Shown here: in pieces, positions 19,927 through 28,062 of the stretch | Layout of the letters: each line of letters starts with the position of its first letter | Position numbering within the stretch: the first letter of the stretch is position 1 | Origin: a virus | Reading direction: 5' to 3' (one strand) | Length of the DNA: 46,530 nucleotides | IMG/VR virus record: IMGVR_UViG_3300038701_001117 | Span: 1-46,530 of that record | Notes under the pieces: model-generated | What the model was told of the DNA's origin: nothing | Seen by the model: the letters and a program-made list of their open reading frames with translations, nothing else | Databases searched by the model: none | Program-made: the position numbers and the translations under genes

Positions 19927-20454
19927 ATGATTATTCGTCCAGATCAATTAAATAAATTATTTCCCCGTGCTAAGCCTGGTGTTGTACAAGCCTTAGCTTA
20001 CGGTGATGCTACGTTTAAAAAATTCGAGATTGATACTTTAAAGCGTATTAGACACTTCTTAGCCCAGATGGCTCATGAATCAGTAGGGTTCCGTTATCTA
20101 TATGAATTAGGAGGTAAAAGCTATTTCAGGCGCTATGAGGGCCGAAAGGATTTAGGTAATACCCAACCAGGGGATGGATATAAATATCGCGGTAGAGGGA
20201 TTATACAGCTTACTGGTAGGTATAATTACGATCTATATGGTAAGAAACTAGGGATAGACTTACTAAATAACCCTAAATTAGCTGCTCGACCAGATGTAGC
20301 ATTACAGGTAGCATGTCAATACTGGAAAGATAAAAATCTTAATGCGTACGCGGATAGAGGGGACATACGAACAATTACTAAAAGAATTAATGGTGGATAC
20401 AATGGTTTCAAAGATCGTATCCGATGGCTTAATAAAATTAAAAAGGTTATCTAA
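19927..20454 (+). CDS. GH19-family endolysin (stand-alone)
   Basis: HFLAQMAHESVGFRYLYELG...YRGRGIIQLTGRYNY...ITKRINGG; about 60 percent identical by eye to the C-terminal domain of the upstream gene. Confidence 0.8.
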   Translation: MIIRPDQLNKLFPRAKPGVVQALAYGDATFKKFEIDTLKRIRHFLAQMAHESVGFRYLYELGGKSYFRRYEGRKDLGNTQPGDGYKYRGRGIIQLTGRYNYDLYGKKLGIDLLNNPKLAARPDVALQVACQYWKDKNLNAYADRGDIRTITKRINGGYNGFKDRIRWLNKIKKVI

Positions 20455-20456
20455 TT

Positions 20457-22352
20457 ATGCAACAAGGTACAGTAGACGATCTCATGGGTGCTCAAAACCC
20501 TATATCACCTCAAGCAGGTAGTGTAGATGATTTAGTAGCCGATGCAAAAGAAAAACCAACAAGTAATATAAAGAGAATAGCACAAGCTGCTTATACAGGC
20601 TTCCTAGATTTCGGTACTAACCTGGCTAAGATTAGCCCTTTGAAATATAGTCCGGCAGGAGCAATCATGTCTAAGTTTGCTCCTGAAGGTACAGATACTT
20701 ATAATGAAATGATTCATTCACATTACAAAGATCAAGTACAGGAGTTTCAAGAAGGTGCTCAGGACTCTCCTATATCTTCAAATATTGCCAGGTTCGCAGG
20801 GAGTATGGCAGTACCAGGAGGCGCCGCAGGTAAAGGTGTAACTGCTCTTGCTGGTAACGTTCTACCTAAGATGGCAGCACGTGCAGCAGGAGGTGCCGCT
20901 ATGGGCGGTATGTTTGGCGGTATAGCAGCAGATCCTAATGCAGATCCTAATAAAACATTTGATCCAGCTAGAGCAGCATTAGGGGCCGGTATCGGCGGTG
21001 CTGCGGGACCTATTGTCGGAGCTATAGGTGATAGATATTCTAATATTACGAAACAGCTCCAAGGGATTAAAAAAGACGTTAAAGGATTTAAAGGCCCTAT
21101 TTTAGCTAGAGACTTTAAATCAGATGCCTCGAAGAAAGCAATCGATACTGTATTTGATAATACATTTATGATGACCGGTAGAGCAAGAAATAAATCCATT
21201 GAAGCAGTGGAGCCCTATGTCAAGATGTTTTTACAGAAGGCAAATCAAAGCTCAGGTAAATCTTCAAGAGAAAAACTAGGAAGCATGTTTCGTTCTGCCC
21301 ATAAAACTATGTCGAAGCAACATGAAGAGATTTGGGATAATCTTTATAAGAATATAGACAGAACACAAGGAATCAAGAACTTTGATCTCCAACCATTAAA
21401 GAATTCTTTAAATAATATTCTATCAGAAAATAATCTTCCTAAAGAAGTTCAAAAACAAATGTCAAACTTCCTAAACAATAAAAACATTACATTTAAAGAT
21501 GTACATAATGTGAAACGATTACTATGGAACAGAGCTGAGCGGCTAGATAAATCTAATGCTATAACTCCGGACCAGGAAGATTTGGCAGACCTTCTACGTG
21601 CAACATATCATGATACCAATCGTATGATTGAAAAAGGTTTAAGAGGAAACGAAGATTTATATAGTCAGTTTGTTAGAGCTAATAGTTTCACATCTGCTTA
21701 TCATGAGACCTTTAATGCTAAAACACAAAAACTATTAATGAAAGGATTAGACAAAGCTGATAAGTTAAATCAAAATATGGATAAATTTATTAACTCCTTA
21801 TTTAAAGGTAATGATAAGTTTCAAAGACAATATACAGGACTAGTAGGGCAGAAGGGTGCAAACGAAGCCCAGAACATTATCCTTAGGGATGCTTTTGATT
21901 CATCCTATTCAGGGAACGGTGTGTTTAATGTTAGTGGTTTTCTAGGTAAAGTCTCTAAAATGGAGGAAACACCTTTTCTAAATAATGAAACTATTAAGGC
22001 AATGAAAGGGTTACAACATATCATGAAAGGGGCTACTACTGCTCAGGCAACAAGTAAATCACCTATGGGTACCTTATTGAAATATGGGAGTACGATGGGA
22101 GCAGGTTCTGGTATGGTGGCGCAACCTCTACAGACAACTGCTGTACTTGCAACGGCAAGGACTCTAGGTGCTATATCTACACGTAGTCCTTTAAAGAATT
22201 TATTAATCATGTTGGACAATGCTGCAGACAAAGGGAACGGTAGGGTTATCGACTATTTAACAAGTAAGATAGAAAACATGTTACCAAAAGCAGGAATTAT
22301 CCATAAGACTATAGATAATAATGTTATTCTAGATAAAGAGGAAAAACGATAA
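20457..22352 (+). CDS. Large internal virion / ejection protein
   Basis: 631 aa; N-terminal third has Gly/Ala zipper stretches (AAGGAAMGGMFGGIAA, GAGIGGAAGPIVGAIG). Confidence 0.45.
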   Translation: MQQGTVDDLMGAQNPISPQAGSVDDLVADAKEKPTSNIKRIAQAAYTGFLDFGTNLAKISPLKYSPAGAIMSKFAPEGTDTYNEMIHSHYKDQVQEFQEGAQDSPISSNIARFAGSMAVPGGAAGKGVTALAGNVLPKMAARAAGGAAMGGMFGGIAADPNADPNKTFDPARAALGAGIGGAAGPIVGAIGDRYSNITKQLQGIKKDVKGFKGPILARDFKSDASKKAIDTVFDNTFMMTGRARNKSIEAVEPYVKMFLQKANQSSGKSSREKLGSMFRSAHKTMSKQHEEIWDNLYKNIDRTQGIKNFDLQPLKNSLNNILSENNLPKEVQKQMSNFLNNKNITFKDVHNVKRLLWNRAERLDKSNAITPDQEDLADLLRATYHDTNRMIEKGLRGNEDLYSQFVRANSFTSAYHETFNAKTQKLLMKGLDKADKLNQNMDKFINSLFKGNDKFQRQYTGLVGQKGANEAQNIILRDAFDSSYSGNGVFNVSGFLGKVSKMEETPFLNNETIKAMKGLQHIMKGATTAQATSKSPMGTLLKYGSTMGAGSGMVAQPLQTTAVLATARTLGAISTRSPLKNLLIMLDNAADKGNGRVIDYLTSKIENMLPKAGIIHKTIDNNVILDKEEKR

Positions 22353-23926
22353 TGGCAAAAGCGATAATTAAATTCCATAAAGGGATGACATTCTGGAACG
22401 GTTCAACGTTAGCTGCGGGCTACAAATTTTTCCAGTACCAAGCTGGAACTACAACGAAAGCTAATACGTATACTGACAATACCAAAGGTACTACTAATAG
22501 TAACCCTATGTCTTTAGACTCTGACGGCAGATTACAACAAGATGTATATATTGATCAGTCTATGCGGTTTAAACTAGCTCCTTCTACTGATACGGATCCT
22601 CCCGCCTCTGCTATTTGGGATATTGACAATATAGCGGCCACAGAGTATGCCGTGACCAGCGTCAGCAAGTCTGATGACTACACTATATTGGAAAGTGATA
22701 ATCAAAAATTAATTAAAGTAGACGCCTCAGGTGCAGCTAGGACTATTACTTTATTGGCTGCGGCCACTGCTGGTGATGGGTTTACATTAGAAATTAAGAA
22801 AACAGATAGTTCAGCAAATCTAGTAACTATCGACGGTAACGCATCTGAAACAATTGATGGGGCAACTACAGTTATCCTTGCTGGTCAGAATGGTTCAGTA
22901 AGGCTAATATGTGATGGAAGTAACTGGCATGCTATCGGGAATGGTAGCGGAGTCGACGCACATACGGTGGCTTCTTCAGTTAACAAATTAAAGGTGAGTA
23001 CTGCGGCAACAGGTAATGGTCCAGTAATAGAAGCAGTAGGTAGTGATACAAATATTGATATAGAAGTGCAGCCTAAAGGTACCGGTAATTTAGTAGTTAA
23101 AAGTACTGCAGATGATAGTGCTACTATTCAATTAAATGAAGATACAGATAACGGAACTAACTCTATTTCATTGAAAGCTCCAGCAGCTATTGCGAGTGAT
23201 GTTACTCTCGTTCTCCCTGATGCAGACGGTACAGTTAACCAGGCTATCGTAACTGATGGTTCAGGGGGCTTATCTTTTGCGGACGTGCACGGTTTGAGGT
23301 CTGTTCAAACATTTACTTCTAGTGGCACATGGACACGACCTTCAGGTATTAATTTTGTTAAAATAATAGTTGTAGGGGGCGGAGGCGGCTCAGGTGGTTG
23401 TGCCGCAACCGGAGCCTCGGACAATGCGGAAGCTGGTGGCGGAGGAGCTGGGGGTACTGCTATAAAACTATTAGATGTTTCAAGTATTGCATCTTCAACT
23501 ATAACGGTAGGTGCTGGCGGCACTGCGGGATCAGCAGGTGACAATAATGGTTCCGCTGGAGGAGATTCCTCATGGGCAGATGGGACAAATACTATCACAG
23601 GTTCTGGTGGAGGTTTCGGCGCTGGTTCAGCTGCAGTAAGTGGTTCAGCGGTAAATGATGGAGGATCAGGTGGTTCCTCATCAGGCGGAGATATAAATAC
23701 AACCGGCGGTGATGGCGGTAACGGAAGAATAATAGGAGGCGATCGTGTATTCGCCCACTTCGGGGGAAACTCAATGTACGGCGGGATAACTACAGGTGGT
23801 GATACAGCAAGAGCTGGTCGACAGTATGGAGGAGGAGCCAGTGGTGCCGCGAGTGGTAATAATGAAGCCGCTAAAGCCGGTGCAGCAGGAGATAATGGTA
23901 TTGTTATAGTCTATGAGTATAACTAA
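22352..23926 (+). CDS. Tail fibre with C-terminal glycine-rich domain
   Basis: N-terminus FWNGSTLAAGYKFFQYQAGTTTKANTYTD...LDSDGRL is a common fibre/spike N-terminal pattern; C-terminus FTSSGTWTRPSGINFVKIIVVGGGGGSGG...GIVIVYEY matches the glycine-rich domain family. Confidence 0.65.
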   Translation: MAKAIIKFHKGMTFWNGSTLAAGYKFFQYQAGTTTKANTYTDNTKGTTNSNPMSLDSDGRLQQDVYIDQSMRFKLAPSTDTDPPASAIWDIDNIAATEYAVTSVSKSDDYTILESDNQKLIKVDASGAARTITLLAAATAGDGFTLEIKKTDSSANLVTIDGNASETIDGATTVILAGQNGSVRLICDGSNWHAIGNGSGVDAHTVASSVNKLKVSTAATGNGPVIEAVGSDTNIDIEVQPKGTGNLVVKSTADDSATIQLNEDTDNGTNSISLKAPAAIASDVTLVLPDADGTVNQAIVTDGSGGLSFADVHGLRSVQTFTSSGTWTRPSGINFVKIIVVGGGGGSGGCAATGASDNAEAGGGGAGGTAIKLLDVSSIASSTITVGAGGTAGSAGDNNGSAGGDSSWADGTNTITGSGGGFGAGSAAVSGSAVNDGGSGGSSSGGDINTTGGDGGNGRIIGGDRVFAHFGGNSMYGGITTGGDTARAGRQYGGGASGAASGNNEAAKAGAAGDNGIVIVYEYN

Positions 23927-24345
23927 TCTAGCTCATTCAACCATTCGACTGGTATACGCTTATCAGCATATTTAAAATCATTCTTGGTACACCAATCTGC
24001 ATAAGTGGTCTTTGAGCCTTTGTAAATCTTAGAATTGGAATTATTGAAAACAAAGCGGATGTCTAAATCAGGCATCTGCTTTTTTATTGTCTGATGTTTT
24101 TTACGGTCAGCCATAATAAACCTACCTTTGGTCTCTACGTAGATATCCTTTGTTTTACCTTTTAAACAGAAATCCGGAGTATATGTTCTATTGACCGCCG
24201 GTTGAATATACTTGATCTTCTCTGCTTCATAGTTCGGGTCTATACCATGTTTCCGAATCTGTTCTTCTATATCTTTTTCTAGTCCGGAACGAAAACCATA
24301 TTTAATGGCTACCTGCCTTGGGGTAAACTTATTACTTTTTCCCAT
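23923..24345 (-). CDS. T7 endonuclease I-like Holliday junction resolvase
   Basis: SGLEKDIEEQI...YTPDF...YVETKG...DRKKH...DIRFVF...KIYKGS...IPVEWL is collinear with T7 gp3. Confidence 0.85.
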   Translation of the reverse strand: MGKSNKFTPRQVAIKYGFRSGLEKDIEEQIRKHGIDPNYEAEKIKYIQPAVNRTYTPDFCLKGKTKDIYVETKGRFIMADRKKHQTIKKQMPDLDIRFVFNNSNSKIYKGSKTTYADWCTKNDFKYADKRIPVEWLNELD

Positions 24346-24550
24346 TAAAATAATCCTCTATATTAACCATGTCGTTATCCATATCGTCCATCCAGCCGTA
24401 TTCCTTTCCTTCTAAGAACGCTTCTGCTATATAGTCTTTTAAAATATATAATTGATCTGCTTCTTGTAACTTATCAAAATTCAGAGACTGCATTTCAGTG
24501 TGTAAATCTTTTACTATTTTATCAATAATTTTACCTTTCATTTTAACCAA
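24332..24550 (-). CDS. Hypothetical acidic protein
   Basis: 72-aa ORF overlapping both neighbours within the operon. Confidence 0.5.
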   Translation of the reverse strand: MVKMKGKIIDKIVKDLHTEMQSLNFDKLQEADQLYILKDYIAEAFLEGKEYGWMDDMDNDMVNIEDYFNGKK

Positions 24551-25356
24551 CTCCCGTCAAATATTTTTTCTTTATAGTTACGTTTTATCCAAAGTAATTG
24601 AGCCACTTCTTTTAACCTGGCTTCTGCCGTATTATTAAATACATTCTGATAAATTTTCCAAACCTTCTGAATACCTTGTTTATAGGTTTCAACATCCTGT
24701 AAGGCTCTATAAGTCTTTACCGGACCATAACCGGGTACTCCAGGGATATCATCGGTACTGTCACCTAATAAGAGCTGTGCACAGAACCATAACTGTCCTC
24801 CTCCTATAATCTTCTGTTTCTTTCCTACTAATTTCAATTGAAGAAATCCGGGGTCTGTTATATAGAATATAGCAGAATCTAAGTGAGATTTCAACTCATA
24901 CTTACTTCCATTCTTATAGCTTCTTATCTTTCCTTTCTCAGGGTCGAAATGCCACCCAGGGATCATCCATAAATCTTTATCATTAGTACACAATAATGTT
25001 TTGTCAGTTTGTTCTATACCTAGTACATCATCTACTTCCATCCCAGTAACTAGCTCGGCATCATATTTATCAAACAAATAAGCCCTCATTTCTTTCTCAT
25101 AGAAAGGTCGTCTGTTATCTGTTCTGGATGCTTTATAAGGTTGGGTGACCGCTACTTTATATCTGAAGTTAGATTTCTTATCGTCACCTAAAAAGATACG
25201 GTAGTCTTCTACTTCAGCACTTTTCAATAAACGTTTAATGGTAGTATTTATATTATGGTAAGCATAATGGACGGGGTCCTCGTCAGTGACCATGATGCCA
25301 CTGTTGAATATTAAGTAATCCCCATCGATATGTATTATATTATACTCTGTCGACAT
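24538..25356 (-). CDS. 5'-3' exonuclease / flap endonuclease (T7 gp6 / PolI-N-like)
   Basis: N-terminal IHIDGDYLIF acidic cluster; H3TH-like LLGDSTDDIPGVPGYGPVKT. Confidence 0.8.
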   Translation of the reverse strand: MSTEYNIIHIDGDYLIFNSGIMVTDEDPVHYAYHNINTTIKRLLKSAEVEDYRIFLGDDKKSNFRYKVAVTQPYKASRTDNRRPFYEKEMRAYLFDKYDAELVTGMEVDDVLGIEQTDKTLLCTNDKDLWMIPGWHFDPEKGKIRSYKNGSKYELKSHLDSAIFYITDPGFLQLKLVGKKQKIIGGGQLWFCAQLLLGDSTDDIPGVPGYGPVKTYRALQDVETYKQGIQKVWKIYQNVFNNTAEARLKEVAQLLWIKRNYKEKIFDGSWLK

Positions 25357-26758
25357 CTACAAACTTCACTATATAGCCAGTTAATTCTTCAAAATAGATT
25401 TGAACTAAACGATTGTCTTCTTGGTCAGGGTCAAACTTTCTTTTCATATGAGATTTATATTGTACCCAAACAATTCGTTCTAGTTTATCAAATCGTATGA
25501 TTTCTAATCTGGGGAATAAGTTCTCCATAAGTAACAGGTCTGCATAGAACTTAACTAATTCCTCCTCATCATGGGAAGTACCTAAAATCTCTTGGACATC
25601 ATAGTACATTTCTGATTTAGTAGTATCAAGTTCAAAGGCAAATAAATCAAGATTATCAATTATATCTTTTGTTAAGTACTGTCTTACGAAACTATCGTCC
25701 CGGTAATTAGCAACAACATCTTTAATCTTATCTAAATGATCATCATACCTATTCTGGATATCCTTGAATATCTCATATCCTATCTTATATGGATTAAGTT
25801 GTGTAAATCCCTGTCCGCCATAGTTGTAGTCAGGTTGCATTATCACAGCAGTATGAAGTTCTAATATCTCAAGATAAGCAGAATCGGTTATATATCCTTG
25901 TTCATATAAATCTTTACATATCTCATAACCACACCATGTGGCAAATCCTTCGTTGGCAATCTTGGTTTGAATCTGAGGATAAAAGTATTGTCGAATAGTA
26001 TACACAATTCTGACTATCTCTTTTTCCCATTTCTTCAACACCATACTATTCTTCTCAATGAAGTATAGGAAGTTCTCCTGAGGAAATTGTCCCTCGGTTT
26101 CATACCAATACTTTATTTCATCATAAGTATCTAAGTATTGCCCATACCAATATTGATCTCGGTTGTCATAATAATACTGGATCTTCTCATCTACTTTCTT
26201 CTTAGTGGCAGGAGGTCTTTTATAATGGAATACTCCATAATTCTCCAGAGCATGGCAACTATCTAAAATCCTTTCTACATGTTTCTGACCATGTATGGTA
26301 CTCATTTCACTGATATACTCCTTAGCAAAATTTAGATAAGCTATGATACTACTAGGTCTCGTCCACTGTTTAAATAGGTAATTATTCTTGAAGAAGGCAG
26401 CATGCCCAACAGAGGCATGGGCTAATACCATCGTCTGTGCTGCAGCACTATTATTCTCCATTAGATACGCTATAGGTGGCTCAGTGTTAATGATCATCTC
26501 CAAAGCTAATCCTGACTTTTTATTTTTGTAATCATTAATAAACTGAGTATGATGAGCCCCGAAAGACCAATGAGGGTACATCACAGGTAACCCATTAGTG
26601 GAGTATAAGTATAACATCTGATCATACGTCACTACTTCCATTTGTGAATCAGTATATTCAAATCCATACTTCTCTTCGTTAATAGTTTGAATTCGGTCCC
26701 ATACATTTTTAATTAATGGAACATCCCATTCGTTACCTGTGAATAAATATTTTGACAC
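25340..26758 (-). CDS. spoVR: SpoVR/YcgB family protein
   Basis: 472 aa, matching bacterial SpoVR length; family-like motifs HWSFGAH, LAHASVGHAAFFKNNYLF, ANEGFATW. Confidence 0.75.
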   Translation of the reverse strand: MSKYLFTGNEWDVPLIKNVWDRIQTINEEKYGFEYTDSQMEVVTYDQMLYLYSTNGLPVMYPHWSFGAHHTQFINDYKNKKSGLALEMIINTEPPIAYLMENNSAAAQTMVLAHASVGHAAFFKNNYLFKQWTRPSSIIAYLNFAKEYISEMSTIHGQKHVERILDSCHALENYGVFHYKRPPATKKKVDEKIQYYYDNRDQYWYGQYLDTYDEIKYWYETEGQFPQENFLYFIEKNSMVLKKWEKEIVRIVYTIRQYFYPQIQTKIANEGFATWCGYEICKDLYEQGYITDSAYLEILELHTAVIMQPDYNYGGQGFTQLNPYKIGYEIFKDIQNRYDDHLDKIKDVVANYRDDSFVRQYLTKDIIDNLDLFAFELDTTKSEMYYDVQEILGTSHDEEELVKFYADLLLMENLFPRLEIIRFDKLERIVWVQYKSHMKRKFDPDQEDNRLVQIYFEELTGYIVKFVDVDRV

Positions 26759-26767
26759 ATGTCCTCC

Positions 26768-27271
26768 TTAGAACGGCATCTCATCGTCGTCGTTGTCAAA
26801 GCTATGAACTGCATTAGTTCCTTCTTCATTTAAGGCGTTCATATCTTCATCAGTTACAGTGAACCCATCAGTATCTTCAAATGTACTCACCCCGCCGAAT
26901 TCAACTAGGTCTGTCACTTGTAAGGCTGATAAGCCTAATCCAACTCCTGTCTGGCCGGGTTGTTTTGGGTCGTACTTAAACAAAGTTACAGCAACATTAC
27001 CTTTTGAGCCATTGCCTATAAGTATTGTATCAGGGATAACTTTTCTTTTGGCGTCCACTGTAATAGGTTTAAATTTACTCTTAGCCTGGACAGTAGTGAC
27101 GTTTTTGCCGTCTACGATCTTTTCTTTTATAGGTACACCTTTTTCACTTAGTTTTGTAAGTACTTTCGGGTCTGACGGTATAATGTCAACCGTATAGTTC
27201 CCGTTATCATCCTGCTTGCGAACCTTAGGCCATAACAATGTCCCATTGATTATAAATTGTTTTTTACTCAT
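26768..27271 (-). CDS. ssDNA-binding protein (T7 gp2.5-like)
   Basis: LIGNGSKGNVAVTLFKY...LSALQVTDLVEFGG parallels gp2.5 IIGGGSKLKVKYSLVPY...LESVMLVELATFGG; acidic C-tail ending DNDDDEMPF. Confidence 0.75.
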   Translation of the reverse strand: MSKKQFIINGTLLWPKVRKQDDNGNYTVDIIPSDPKVLTKLSEKGVPIKEKIVDGKNVTTVQAKSKFKPITVDAKRKVIPDTILIGNGSKGNVAVTLFKYDPKQPGQTGVGLGLSALQVTDLVEFGGVSTFEDTDGFTVTDEDMNALNEEGTNAVHSFDNDDDEMPF

Positions 27272-28062
27272 TTCTTTTCACCTCTTTTCTTTGCTAAAAG
27301 TTTATCTGTTGTTGTCTTAAGTCTAGTATCTGTCCATCTGAAACCACATGTACCGCAGTACCATCGTTGTTTAAATCCAACGGATGAAGGGGATAGGCCA
27401 TCTTGTTTTACCTTTTCAGAAGCACAATCCCGACATACTAACCTATCGTCCGTAATTAAAGTCGCTAAGGGTATAGGTAGTTTATCACAATAAGGTACCA
27501 TACTCCAAAATACTTCCTGTAATTCTTCTACATCAATTTTATTATAAGGCCCCATCTTAGTTCTAGGGGATATTTTCTTTTCCTGTATGTCGACCCAGTC
27601 TCTGAATTCTATTCGTAGTTTACCGTCTCCTCCTATGACTTTTGACTTGTAGTCTAACTTATGACTTGTCAACTTAAAGTTTTGTCTTGACATTTTAAGT
27701 GTATCAAGGGTTAAGATATTTGTCAAGGGTGATAATTGCTCTTGCCATAATCTACCTTTAAAAGTCTTTAAATCAAATGCATCACCATTTTGTCCGACAA
27801 GAACAGGATACTTTTGAGCTATCTTAACAAACTTTTCGAGCATAGTTCTATCATCTTGATTTCTATCCCAATATAAAGTCTTGGTTTTCTTCCAGCCTTC
27901 TGCTTTATAGGAAATACAAATAATCTTTTTGTCTTTTTTAATTTGAGTATGATTCACATATTGTTCACCAATACGGTGTGCATACAGTTCAATTAAAGAC
28001 GTTTCGATATCCCAAAATAATAATTTATTCTTAAATTGATCTCGGTTGATTTTATCTCTCAT
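27268..28062 (-). CDS. DEDD/RNase H-fold 3'-5' exonuclease with C-terminal zinc ribbon
   Basis: LFWDIETS (Exo I DxE), VGQNGDAFDL (Exo II); C-terminal CRDC...17 aa...CGTC. Confidence 0.55.
   Translation of the reverse strand: MRDKINRDQFKNKLLFWDIETSLIELYAHRIGEQYVNHTQIKKDKKIICISYKAEGWKKTKTLYWDRNQDDRTMLEKFVKIAQKYPVLVGQNGDAFDLKTFKGRLWQEQLSPLTNILTLDTLKMSRQNFKLTSHKLDYKSKVIGGDGKLRIEFRDWVDIQEKKISPRTKMGPYNKIDVEELQEVFWSMVPYCDKLPIPLATLITDDRLVCRDCASEKVKQDGLSPSSVGFKQRWYCGTCGFRWTDTRLKTTTDKLLAKKRGEKK

Noticed and set aside
20759-21199. 146-aa minus-strand ORF; similar cases at 23305..23598, 13933..14274, 19031..19386 and 19693..19899
   Set aside because: These are antisense to Gly/Ala-rich plus-strand genes, where GGN/GCN codons read backwards give Pro/Ala runs. 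They have no RBS and would interrupt a unidirectional operon.
26859-27493. Plus-strand ORFs 26859..27197 and 27257..27493 inside the minus-strand replication operon; likewise 28723..28962, 29775..30056, 30660..30845, 32306..32539, 33381..33656, 34860..35090, 35649..35864, 36318..36602 and 38517..38699
   Set aside because: All lie antisense to well-supported genes with recognisable motifs, and their products are low-complexity or hydrophobic artefacts.
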